Assembly (NCBI GenBank): GCA_951406725.2
Contig: OX597822.1
Coordinates: 116,188,001 to 116,252,000 of the forward strand
DNA from: Octopus vulgaris
Taxonomy: Eukaryota
Direction of reading: 5' to 3'
DNA length: 64,000 bases
Made by a program: the position numbers and the translations under genes. Below are positions 14,826 through 26,706 of this stretch, in pieces; positions within the stretch are counted from its first letter, which is position 1, and the number at the start of each line of letters is the position of its first letter. Under the pieces are notes generated by a model. It did no database searches. It was not told where the DNA came from and saw only the letters and a list, made by a program, of their open reading frames with translations.

Positions 14826-15721
14826 TGACACGTAAAAGCACCAACCGATAGTGGCCGTTTGCCAGCCTGCGCTGGCCCCTGTGCCGGTGGCACGTAAAAA
14901 TCACCCACTACACTCATGGAGTGGTTGGCATTAGGTAGGGCATCCAGCTGTAGAAACTAATTTTTATACTACTACTAATTTCTATACTTTTTTCAGAAAG
15001 AGTTGTTTACAATTGATTTGTCACATCCAGTGATATTTATAAGTGAAGGCAAAATCATTGGGGAAAACTTTAAAATTGATATGCTTTTCCCTAAAGTAAT
15101 CATTGTTGTTGGCTGTTTCTTGTTTGAGGATTTCTCTACTGAAAGAAATAATAGCAGGAAGAATTGTCATTACCAAAGATTGACCCATACACTATGGTTT
15201 CAGGGCCATTGTCTGCAGGACGTGTAGAATGAGACAGGCTGCAGAAGATGATGGAACTGCAATGGATTATCCACTGATCCAACTGTAGTCTTGAATGACA
15301 TCGTCCTAGTGACCAGTCCATCTGGCATGGCCATCACCTCCTATTTTTAGACATTATTCAGATTGGCGTTTGTTGACCACTTGGTCTGCTGGTGAGATCT
15401 TGAAGAGTGGTTGATTGTATCTAGTCTGGGTTTGATGCTTTTGACCTTTACCCCCAAAGCATCACTTTTAGAGTCATTGTACTATGCAAGCCCTCCACCG
15501 CGATAAAGACTGACCATCAGAGAATGCTAAAGTAATACATGAAGTAAGATGTTTCAACATTTAAACATCTCCCTACATGTTATCTGTGCCAACTGTAGAA
15601 ACACTGCCAAATCAGACTGGAGCCTGGTGCAGCCTCCATGGCTTACCAGACCCCGGTCGAACCGTCCAACCCATGCTAGCATGGAAAACGGATGTTGAAT
15701 GACAATGATGATGATGATGAT
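14826..15721 (+). mobile_element. Family C repeat split by the inverted 630-bp insert (14826-14957 and 15593-15721)
   Basis: The element resumes after the insert; ctgtagaaac is duplicated at 14948-14957 and 15593-15602. Confidence 0.9.
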
Positions 15722-15829
15722 ATATACACACACACAAACACACACACAAATAAATAAATATATATATACACACGCATACATATATATACACATGCACCCA
15801 TCAACACGTACACACACACACAAAAAGAT

Positions 15830-16385
15830 ATACCAGGGGTAGAAGCAGAACCTGGAATCAAAGAGCTTTAAAGTCAACTGAACAAAGACCAATGCTCTAG
15901 TAAGCGGAAAAGCAGACAGGACTTTATAACTTTAAGAAAACTGCCCAACTCAATATGTAGGAAAAGGTGTCTGTAGAAATCCCATATGGTGTACCCAGTG
16001 CAAACTGGGAACACATAAGATGTGCAGTGGATTCACAGGATAGGTAACACAGAAAGTAGACTTTTGTATGAAGCAGATGTTTAAGAACAAGAAACACTTA
16101 AACACACAGGAAACAGATTCTCTGAAATGCGCAGGAGGAGGTTCCTTAGAGGTAGTCACCTGTTACCTAGGTGACCTAATTGGTAATGGCAGTGGATGTT
16201 CTCAAAGTATTCAAAGAGCTATTACTTCTGTTGGCTCTTCTCCCTCAGAGTGCAAAACAGATTTTATGACGCTTGTATACAAACAACATTGCAATATGGT
16301 TGTGAGATGCAGGTTGCAAAACCAAGACATGCAAAGACAAGAAAGTGATTAAGGCTGCATGTTGCACTGGGTGCACAATGTCAGT
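15830..16385 (+). mobile_element. Decayed RTE LINE ORF fragment
   Basis: Colinear with 47840-48380 (aaacctggaa/atcaa..aaagtcaact; tacctaggtgacctaat..agtgga); disrupted frames. Confidence 0.7.
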
Positions 16386-16459
16386 GCATATGCTCGATTG
16401 TACATACATACACATGTGCATACACACACACACACACATACACACACACGCACACGCAC

Positions 16460-16625
16460 ACACATCACAGGCTTCTTTAAGTTTCTGTCTACCATATCTG
16501 CTCAAATGCTTTGATTGGTCCAGAATTAAAGTAAAAAACACCTGCCCATGATACTGCACAGTGAGATTGAACCTTAAGCCATGTGGTAGGGAAGCAATGT
16601 TCCTAATCACATTCATGCCTGCACC
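16460..16625 (-). mobile_element. SINE family B head, decayed
   Basis: caggcttcttt..gtttctgtctacc..gattgaacc..catgtgg. Confidence 0.6.
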
Positions 16626-17144
16626 TGTGTGTGTGTGTGTGCGTGTGTGCATGTGCATGCATGTGTGTGTATATATAATATATATGGATCTTGGACAGAA
16701 TTGCCAACAAGGAGTTTTCAGCTGTTCAGTTAGTAAGTGGTCGAGTATTCCATAGTCATGTATAGGCTTGAAGTAATCGTCAGGCAGAAGCTGTATGACA
16801 CAGTGTGATCCAGCAGTGCTATCAAAGCCATCACCTGATGATGTGCTGGTACACGGTGGCTGCTGGAACATATTTATTTATGGAATAATTTTTAAAATAT
16901 GTTATGTAACAGTATGGTAAACAAAACTCAGCTGTTACTACTGCACAGAAACAATTGTTGTGTTTTGTAATTAAAGCCTGTTCACTCCATTTTCTTGTTC
17001 TATGAATTTCTCTATAAACTCTGTATACACTAATGGAATTCCACATATATATCCAGTAAAAGGAGTAACCCTGCTGTATGATGGCATATGGTAGCCAATA
17101 ACTATATAGGAGCTTTTAAATGCACATTTTTAAGCTTATTACCC

Positions 17145-17505
17145 AGATCAGATGAGATGACAAAGGACCAAGATGCCTGGTACCTTGCTGCACTCAAGAA
17201 GACCTGTGCTTCACAGCAGAAGTGTTAAGGCCGTCTCCCCTGGTGAAGAGGATTAGCTCACAAGAGCCCTCTGCCGGTGCCACGTAAAAAGCCCTCATGC
17301 TGGTGCTACATAGAAGCATGCAGTGCCACATAAAAGCACCCAGCACACTTTGTAAAGTGGTTGGCATTAGGAAGGGCATCCAGCTGTAGAAACCCTTGCC
17401 AAATCAGACTGGAACCTGGTGCAGCTCTCCAGCCTTGCCAGCTCTGGTCAAACCGTCCAACTCATGCCAGCATGGAAAAGGGTCATTAAAGGATGACAAT
17501 GATGA
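17145..17505 (+). mobile_element. RTE 3' end with family C tail
   Basis: gagatgacaaaggaccaagatgcctgg (ORF end) running into the family C motifs. Confidence 0.8.
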
Positions 17506-17514
17506 CATATATAC

Positions 17515-17915
17515 TCTTTACTCTCTTACTTGTTTCAGTCATTTGACTGCGGCCATGCTGGAGCACCGCCTTTAGTCAAGCAAATTGACCCCCAGGATGT
17601 ATTCTTTGTAAGCCTAGTACTTATTCTATCGGACTATTTTGCCGAACCAATAAGTTACGGGGACGTAAACACACCAGCATCAGTTGTCAAGCAATGTTGG
17701 GGGGACAAACACAGACACACAAACATATACACACACACATATACACACACACACATACTGATATATATATATATATATATATACGACAGGCTTCTTTCAG
17801 TTTCCATCTATCAAATCCACTCACAAGGCTTTGGTTGGCCCAAGGCTATAGTAGAAGACACTTTCCCAAGGTGCCATGTGGTTGGTAATCAAGCTACTTA
17901 CCACACAGCTCCTCC
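17515..17915 (-). mobile_element. SINE family B with internal microsatellite
   Basis: tgtttcagtcatttgactgcggccatgctggagcaccgcc ... ggctatagtagaagacac. Confidence 0.88.
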
Positions 17916-17959
17916 TATTATGTTAAGCTACTGCAGTGTTAATTACCTTTCATAATTCT

Positions 17960-18530
17960 TTCGCTCTCATAATCTAAACATTCAAAGTTTAACAGTATTT
18001 GGCCCCTGTAAAAGCCAACAACTTCAAGTTCCCTCACCTATTAAATTAGCTTAAGGTATTTCTTCCCGTTTAAACATTCTTTTCTACTAGACAAACCATT
18101 TAACTGAAATCTAATCTTCTTTACACAGAGTTTAACTTAAACTCAGTTATTTTATATGACCAACTACAAACAATGTCAGATAACCACTCATTTATTAATT
18201 TTGCATCGTTATATTTATAAATGCCTTCTCAATTACATTAACAAATCTTGAACTCTTTTCCCTAAGCCTTAGTCTCTTCATAATTTTACACAACTAAAAT
18301 CCCATCCCTAGTTTTCTCAAATTAACTCATACAATTCCTATCGTCATAACTGTTTATTTCAAAATTGGCTGCTATAAGTAACTTCCCTCTCTAACAACCA
18401 ATTAAATCAATTGTTTATTTTCAAAATTTCCTCTACTAATCATTGTTTGCCTTTATCCATAAATAGGACTTAACTGCTTTTTATTAACACCCTTTTCTCC
18501 ACCCATTTGTTTCTTTGCATCGTTCTTTTT
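17960..18530 (-). mobile_element. Possible highly decayed LINE fragment
   Basis: Purine-rich, coding-like minus strand with many stops; no unambiguous motif. Confidence 0.25.
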
Positions 18531-18844
18531 TTTAAATTCTTATTTTGCCTCTATGACTATGAGTATTCAACTGATACTCTGATGAGTTTAACTTGAGAAC
18601 AAAACAGACTGCAATTTGTCAGCTGCATGTGTGCACACGTGTGTGTGTGTGCACACGTGTGTGTGTGTGCACACGTGTGTGTGTGTGTGTGTGTGTGTGT
18701 AGCAAAGGATATATAAGCAACAGCAAGAAACTGAAACACCAATGCTACTTCTTACAGCAGACCAATGACTGACCAATGACTGACCCATAAGAAACCCATG
18801 ACCAATGGTCACTGCAGAGTGAAATAAACAAAAATATATGTTCT

Positions 18845-19085
18845 ATGTGTGTATGTGGCTTTGTGTTTGTGTTTGTCCCCCACCCCTGCTTGACATCTGG
18901 TACTGGTGTGTTTACATCCCTTTAACTTAGCAGTTCGGCAAAAGAGACCAAGAGGATAAGCACCAGGCTTAAAAAAAGAGAAAAAAAAATTTAAGTACCA
19001 GGGTCGATTTGTTTGACTAAAAATTCTTCAAGTTGGTACCACAGCATGGCAGCAGTCAAATGACGGAAACAAGTAAAAGTAAAAA
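18845..19085 (+). mobile_element. SINE family B, 3' half
   Basis: gtttgtcccc..aacttagcagttcggcaaaagagacc..cagcatggcagcagtcaaatgac. Confidence 0.8.
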
Positions 19086-20329
19086 GAAAAGAAAATACTT
19101 TATAAATTCCAGCTTCCTCGTTGTTGCAAAACTTATGAAATTCATGATATTCTATCATTTTTCAAGTTGTTTCAAAGTTTTATATTAAGTTCACCTCGTT
19201 ACTGTTAGATAACTTTTGCTTGGAAAACAGAGACATTATTGTTTCCATTTATCAATATATCAAGAAAGTAAGACCGAAAGACTTATGTCACCAGTGTCGA
19301 GACAAGACACCTTCCACAGACCAAACAAATTAACTGAAATGCCAACCTCAACATGAATTCAGATAGATTCGATGCGGATCACACAAGAAAAAAAGAAACT
19401 GTTTTCAAATAAATAAAATCTTTCCAATAACAAATTAATCCTAAAACTTATGAAGAATGTTTTCAAGGTGACAAAAACTACAGTTGGAATCAGATACATG
19501 AGCTGGAGAAATGCTGCATTCTTTACACTGAAATTTTAATCAAAAGCAGCAGGTTTGTATAACCCTCGTTTATCATAATGTCAAGCTATCAGGATAACTA
19601 CTGATGTGAAATCATTCATCATTTTCGGTCACTAATTTCACAAATGAATGAATAATTTCTTCAGTTGTTGATTTACTGATAATATACCATTAATTCCTCT
19701 TAAAAACCTGACAGGAAATTTAATCACATTCTGTCTTGGAATATGCCAAATGTCATTCATGATTATTACAATTGTGGCTTCTTTGAGGTTTTCTTCTTTT
19801 TTGGAATTTTATGTCACCCACTAAATACCATTCTCGTTATTGTCATTGCTTATATATCTATTAATAATGGAATTAGACAACATAGGATTAGTCGCTTTTA
19901 GGTCTATTTTATTCTTACATAATATTACCAAAACTCTATCCTAAAGGCTAAACTATTTCTTCGTAATTGGCACTCCATCAGTTATGAAGACAAGTGTCCC
20001 AGCTGACTCAATCTATGAAACAGCCAGTTCTTCAAAGTAATGTACAAATGGCTGAGCACTCTGCACAGAACTTCCAAAGGATTTTTTGCTACTCCTTTAC
20101 CTCTGATGGAAAAAAAACTCAGAAAAACTCCCAAATTTTTCTTGGCTTCAGTGCTTGGCATCATCTAAGAGAAACCAAACCAATGGAGAGAACCTTTATA
20201 ACAAGCATGGGCAACCTTTTTTTTGAGAAGTGGACTGCATGAGACATAACTTATCATGAGAGGCCACAAGGTAATTTTTTGTTAGGCATGCCATTCAGAA
20301 AGTCTTGTGGGCCACAGTTTACTCATACC

Positions 20330-21120
20330 TTCTCTATATGGTTGCTTGACCTATTGCAAGTTACCTCAAAAACAAATGACAGTCACATCATTATCTTAGC
20401 TAGGGACTTCAATGGAAATGTTGGGCAATACCATGATAGCTACTTCAGAGTACACAGTGGCTATGAATACAGTTCCAAGGATGAGGAGGGATCAAAGCTT
20501 CTGGGGTTCTGAAACACAAATGAACTAACCATCTATAACACAAACTTCAAAAGATGTTGTTAGGAAAAAAAGTGCATTCAAAGTGACAACAGTGCACCTA
20601 TCCTCACTGTTACTGAAAAGAAGGAAGCTTGGAGAAGTTATTAGAAGAGGCTGCTAAATGTGGAAAATGAGTGGGAGAAAAAAGAAACTACCCCGAGAAT
20701 ATCCAACAGAGAGACCAGCTATTGAAGTGGACAGTTGTATGGTCCAGACAACCTTTAAGGATATCAAAATGAGGAAAGCAGCAGGTCTGCCAAGTATCAT
20801 CATTATCATCATCATCATCTAATGTTCATTTTCCATGCTGGCATGGGTTGCATGGTTTGACAGGAGCTGGTAAGGCCAGGGGTCACACCAGGCTCCAGTT
20901 GTCGGTTCTGGCATGGTTTCTACAACAGGATGCCCTTCTTAACACCAAACACTTTACAGAGTGTGTCAGATGCTTTTTATGTGGCACCAGCAATCAGTGA
21001 CACTGATTATGTGGCACTAATACCAAGTATAGTCACTGAAATGTAGAAAACATCTGGCAAAGGGCAAAGTTGGGCTCAAGCTAGTCACTTGCATTGTCAT
21101 ATAGATAATACCCAACGACT
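20330..21120 (+). mobile_element. Decayed RTE LINE fragments interrupted by a minus-strand family C copy (~20800-21000)
   Basis: ILARDFNGNVG endonuclease motif and EEGSKLL; family C reverse complement catcatc..ttccatgctggcatgggttg. Confidence 0.7.
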
Positions 21121-21344
21121 GCTAAATTAAAAATTCCTCAATAGAATAATTATATTAATGCTTTTTCAATAAATATATTTTTCAAATGAGAAGCAATTGA
21201 ACACTGATTTGTTTTCTAATATAATACCAATTGACATTACATTAAGAGTAGAAACAGAAGCACCAAACATTAGCAGATTAAAACGACTGAGTTGAACAAA
21301 TATATGCTACAGAACAGCCATACATTCATCAACTCACCTACCTA

Positions 21345-21570
21345 TCCACCCATCCATCCATCCATCCAGCCAATCATATTGAGGTATGTACATACACACG
21401 TACGCACGTGCACACACACACACATTCACTCACATGCACACATACACACACATGTACATACACACATGTACATACACACATACACATACATACATACATA
21501 CACACATACATACATACACACATACACATACATACATACATACATACATAGGTATATATACATACAGTCA
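21345..21570. repeat. (CCAT)n/(CA)n/(CATA)n microsatellite
   Basis: Read directly from the sequence. Confidence 0.9.
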
Positions 21571-22014
21571 ACCATCCATAATGTAGATACAAATTAGCAA
21601 ACAGTGCCAATAAGGCTCCCAAGGGATTTTGTGTCTGAGATACAAGTCAAAATGCTTTACGCAGGCCATAGGTGGATGAAATTAGTGTACACTAAAATAT
21701 GTTATGTAAAAACATGAAAATAGTTTGAAATTCTATAAAATCATAAACTGCATCAATTTATCTAGTCCGGGGATGCTGCAGTTACTATGATCATTTGTTC
21801 TTCAGTCTGTACGTGAACTAATAAACCCTGCACATACAGGTGAGATGCAGACTGTGCTCCGTGAGCAGGTAACTTGTCTAGTAGAGTAGAGAGCCACAAA
21901 TAAGAGCTAATAGAGTGCAAAGAGGACTCTGCAGTATTCTACAAATGGGGCAACTGCTACAGCGTTTCGGCACAACGAAATGCACCCAGTCTACCCTGGA
22001 AGATAGACACAAAA

Positions 22015-22259
22015 CAGTAATGGTAGTGATGGTAGCTATGATGATGACAATAACAAAAGCAATGATGACAACGATGATGGTAATGGCAATGACAACAACG
22101 ATGATGATGATGATGGCAATGATGATGATGATGATGGCAATGGCAATGACAATACTGATGATGGTGATGATGACAATGATGAGGATGAGGGTGATGGCAA
22201 TGGCAATGGCAATGACAATGCTGATGACAATGATGATGATGATGATGATGACAATGATG

Positions 22260-22298
<39 letters not shown>

Positions 22299-22304
22299 TT
22301 GATG

Positions 22305-22340
<36 letters not shown>

Positions 22341-22462
22341 TTGATGAGGATGATGATGATGACAATGATGAGGATGATGATGATGACAGTGATGAGGATG
22401 AGGATGATGACAATGATGATGATGACAGTGATGAGGATGAGGATGATGATGATGATGATGAT
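22015..22462. repeat. Degenerate (GAT)n microsatellite
   Basis: Read directly; GAT with GGC/AAT/GAC/GAG variants. Confidence 0.95.
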
Positions 22463-22829
22463 TCAGCACTACCGCTTTTCCCCTTTTATTGACATCCCTC
22501 AGCTGCTTCACTTTGTCATTTTATTAAGGGCCACCACTCTCCTCTCTCTGACACCAACCATTATTTCTATGACTATCCATCACTTGCTCCCTTTCTCTCT
22601 CGCGCCCAATTCCCCTCTAAAATTACTGTTGTTCATCACCCTCTACTTTCTCCCTACTACCACTGTCCCTCTTCTTCTCCCCTAGCACAGTCTCACACTT
22701 CTCACTTCCTCTTCCTCACTTTTTCTCCCTCCTTCTCCCTACCCCACACTGGTTCCTCTTCTGCAGTCATCCTCTGCCCTACCAGCCTCTGTTGGTCGCA
22801 TACAGTGATGAGGAGCTCCTCTGTCTTGC

Positions 22830-23095
22830 AATGCCGGTGCCATGACAAAACACACCAACGACACCTGGTAAAGTGATTAGCAAATGAGCAGAGACAACAG
22901 CGAGCTGAGTGGACTGGTTTGCATTGTCTTGTCGAAGGTGTGACAACCTCTCTGCTGTTGGTGCCATGATACACTGCACCCAGTGCATTCTGTGAAGGGC
23001 TTCGTGTTAGTCAGAGCACCCAGTAGAAACCTGCTAAAAAAAAGCATATGAGCTAGATGTGGTCCCCTGCCATGTCTTTGACCATTAGAACTCAT
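22830..23095 (+). mobile_element. Old diverged family C-like repeat
   Basis: ggtgccatga..gcacccagtgcattctgtgaagg..gtgttag..gtagaaacc aligns to the family C 3' part. Confidence 0.45.
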
Positions 23096-23104
23096 GAAAA
23101 ATGG

Positions 23105-23110
23105 CCACAG

Positions 23111-23141
<31 letters not shown>

Positions 23142-23358
23142 AGAGATGACAGAAAGGGCAACAGAAGCAGTGGTGGAAGCAGCAGCAGCAGAAGTGGTGG
23201 CAGTGGAAGTGGTAACAGAAGCAGTGGTGAGAGTAGTAACAATGGCAACAGCAGAAGTGGTGGCAGCAGTGGCAGTAGCAGGTGCAGCAGCAGAGTAGGC
23301 ACCAGTTGCGGTGACAACAGCAGCAGCAAAGGAAATAGTGGCAGCAGCACCAGCACCA
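23105..23358. repeat. Degenerate (GCA)/(GTG)/(GTA) low-complexity tract
   Basis: Read directly from the sequence. Confidence 0.9.
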
Positions 23359-23391
23359 ACCGTTCAAGAATTTGGACCTGGGGATCTCCAT

Positions 23392-23450
23392 TTCCAGCGA
23401 TTTCGAGGGCCACCTCCCAGTGGTGTTGGGCGTCAACGAAGAGCCCTCGA
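23392..23450 (+). ncRNA. Candidate minimal HDV-like ribozyme fold (no P4; non-canonical +1 nucleotide)
   Basis: P1 ttccagc/gttgggc, P2 tcgagggcc/gagccctcga, P3 acc/ggt, L3 tcccagt and J4/2 cgaa occur in canonical order. Confidence 0.4.
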
Positions 23451-24314
23451 CTACAACAAGACGACCAAAGTTTTTTTCTTTTTCCAAGGTCTGGGGTCTC
23501 CTGCCCCTAAGCCCTAGACCCTCACCTAATCACCCTTACCCGTCTTGTTGCCTAACAACAACAACAACAACAACAGCAACAAAGGAAGTAGTAGCAGTGG
23601 CAGCAGCAGCAGCAGCGTTGACGATAACAATGATGTGAATTTATTTCCTTCATTTTCCATAATACAGTAAATACTCTATATAAGTAATATTCAAGTGTAA
23701 AAAAAAAAGTCCCCTTTGCTGGAATTACTGGATTTAAGATATTCTTCAGACTCAATAATCATTAAATAATAAGAGTCAAAAAAATGTACAGAACCACATC
23801 ACCATGATATTTTCATTTGTCAAACTTTCAAAAGAAAAGACAAAACTAACAGGTTTCCCCGGTAAATAAGTAATTCGAAATGTATAACTTTGTTTCCTGG
23901 TTGAAAGGAAGGATCTTAAAGAAATCTCCTTCAAACAGCCTGAGAGTGGACTGGCCAGAATAATTGTATAATTCTGATCTTCTCTTTATTATCTATTTAT
24001 TTTTTCTTTAGTTTCCACTTTTCTTTTTTTTTTTTCTTCTTCTTCTTATAGCTCCCTGTCAGGCTAAACAGATGTTTGTTAAATACTCAAAGTAGAACAT
24101 TTTCAAGAGAAACAAAATGGCTAGACATTCTACCTCTGGGCAGTTGAAGACTTCAATTGGATTCTCCTTCACAACTAAGAAAAACACTCATACACAACCA
24201 ACACCATATTTATAAGAAAAACAGATGAGGAATTTCCTTTCTGCAAAATTGAAGAAGGAAAAATGGCAATGCAAGAATGTTCAACTGCAGAGTGAAGTTT
24301 AAAACGTATTCTTT

Positions 24315-24695
24315 CACTCTTTCATTTTGTTTCAGTCATTTGACTGTGGCCATGCTGGAGCACCGCCTTCAGTCGAACAAATCGACCCCAGGACTTATTC
24401 TTTGTAAGCCTAGTTCTTATTCTATCGGGTCTCTCTTGCCGAACCGCTAAGTTACGGGGACGTAAACAGACTAGCATCAGTTGTCAAGCGATGTTGGGGG
24501 ACAAACACAGACAGAAAAACATACACATACATACATATTTATACATATATATATATACGACGGGCTTCTTCCAGTTTCTGTCTACCAAATCCACTCACAA
24601 GGCTGTGGTCAGCTCGAAGCTATAGTAGAAGACACTTGCCCAAGGTGCCATGCAGTGGGACTGAACCTGGAACCATGTGGTTGGGAAGCAAGCTA
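24315..24695 (-). mobile_element. SINE family B
   Basis: Near full-length match to 17515-17915. Confidence 0.88.
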
Positions 24696-24715
24696 CATTG
24701 AAATAGCAGCTGCAT

Positions 24716-25041
24716 TGGTGGTTCTCAGCCAGGGTGGGTCCATATAAGATTTTTGGCAGTCCATGCAACAATATAGTCAATTAGGGATTCAATGTAGTTT
24801 TCTAAAGGCCCCTGAAAAAATTTTGCTTTAGATATATGTATTGCAAGAAATGCTCCGTTTTCTTTCCCTAACATTTTCCATAGTTCAACCTACACAAATT
24901 AAAGGGTGAAAACAAAACAGGAATTTTGAAAGAAGTTTCTATAAAACTAGTTTTTAAATATGAAAATGGCTATGGGTGTTCAACAGAATAAAATAGGGAT
25001 CAAATGGGTCTACAGATAAAAAAAATGGTTGAGAAACTCTG
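24716..25041 (+). mobile_element. hAT (Charlie-like) MITE
   Basis: Ends gtggttctcagcc / ggttgagaaactctg; colinear with 42222-42478. Confidence 0.7.
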
Positions 25042-25139
25042 AGTGTTATAATCAATTTATTATGGAAAATGAGTTATTAAATACATTATTTAATACGAAA
25101 CCGTGCTGTATGATTTTATTGCTTCATTTAACTTGTATC

Positions 25140-25510
25140 TTTTATCTCTTATCCTTTACTTGTTTTAATCCTTTGAGCGTGACCATGCTGGAGCATCACC
25201 TTGAAGGGTTTTAATAGAACAAAACGACACCAGACTTATTTTCTTTTAAGCTGGTTTCTTTGGCCAACTCACAAAATTACTTGGATGTAAACACACCATC
25301 ACTGGGTATAAAGCAGTAGAGAAGGCACAAACACAGACACACACACACATATATATTGATAAATATGACAGGCTTCTTTCAGTTTCCATACAGCAAATCC
25401 ACTCACAAGCCCAAGGCTATAGTAGAAGACACTTGCCCAAGGTGCTACGCAGTGGGACTGAACCCAGAACCGTGTGGTTGGGAAGTGAGCTTCTTACCAC
25501 ACAGCCATGC
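25140..25510 (-). mobile_element. SINE family B
   Basis: gaccatgctggagcatcacc ... cttaccacacagcc. Confidence 0.8.
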
Positions 25511-26149
25511 TTAAAACTATATTAACTGCACACACAGACACACACACACACACACAAATGCATAACTTAAACTAAAATAATCTTAGAATAGTATATAATT
25601 AGAGATAGCCATTCATATTTGCTGTGGTAAAATAGTTTTACTGCTGGATTGAATCCCTATAACCACTTCAACTTTTTCAGAGTCAATCAAACTGGATGCA
25701 AGAAAAAAAAAAAGAAAGAATATTCTTTGCTTTATTTGGGTGCAAATGAATACATAACGATAATTATTAAAATATCCTATTTTCTGAAAAATAGCCATAG
25801 AGAAAAAATGAAAAAAATCAAATAGCTATTAATCAAAGCTCTGTCTAAATTTGAATCATCAAGAACAGGAAAATAACAACAACAAAAAAATACAACAAAA
25901 ATTACCAAGAGAATAACAGCAGTCTTGTCTCTGATACCTTTAGAAGGGAATGTTAATGATTGCGAATGTTTCAATGAGTATTTTCTTCTATGTTTTATGG
26001 CTGGAGATTGCAGTGATTAACATATTCTCTCTTGTATCCCTCTTAATAATCCTACTGCTAGTCGGATTACTGACGCTCAATATTCACTTACTTCCCAGAC
26101 CTTAGATCTTATCAGCATTCGCAAATTTATGATACTGCATCTTTCTTGC

Positions 26150-26310
26150 CACACACACACACACACATGCGTGTGTACATGTGAGTGTGTGTATGTATAA
26201 ATATGGGTGTATGTATATGCATCAATGCATATATGCATATATATGAATAAATGTATGTGTATATATATATATAAATATATATGTGTATATATATGTGTGT
26301 GTGTATGTAA

Positions 26311-26342
<32 letters not shown>

Positions 26343-26414
26343 GTATGTATGTATTATGCATATATACATATATACATATATACATACATATATATATATA
26401 CATATGTACATACA

Positions 26415-26451
<37 letters not shown>

Positions 26452-26500
26452 GTATGTATGTATGTATATATATATATATGTATGTTATATGTATGTATTC
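26150..26500. repeat. (TA)/(TG)/(CA) microsatellite region
   Basis: Read directly from the sequence. Confidence 0.9.
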
Positions 26501-26523
26501 CTTGTTAACAAAAGCTGGCTTAC

Positions 26524-26706
26524 TTTTTGATTCCTCTTGTATTTCATTAGCTGCCTTCCACAAGAGTCTAATACTGTATCAGCTAAATCAGGCTTTATCA
26601 ATCAAGAACGGTGAAGAAATGATGGAACTTCCAATGACAGCAAAATCCCTAACTTGTTTGATATGAGTAGATCATCTAAAGATTTTCTTTTTATCTCCAA
26701 CACAAC
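26524..26706 (-). other. Putative non-coding exon (183 nt)
   Basis: Minus strand: ttgttattag| acceptor and AAA|GTAAGC donor; all three frames contain a stop (best frame has one TGA). Confidence 0.35.

Larger units (their letters stand above)
11591..15594. repeat. Inverted duplication: 11591-~12219 versus ~14967-15594
   Basis: By-eye alignment gives about 20 differences in ~630 bp; the ORF track shows near-identical peptides on opposite strands (11959-12183 - / 15003-15227 +). Confidence 0.97.

Noticed and set aside
21915-23638. Poly-M/H/S/A ORFs
   Set aside because: Trinucleotide low-complexity translations with no domain or supported splice structure.
26524-26706. Selenocysteine/readthrough exon (183 nt, single in-frame TGA)
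   Set aside because: No recognisable protein similarity, redox motif or SECIS; one stop in 61 codons is unremarkable.
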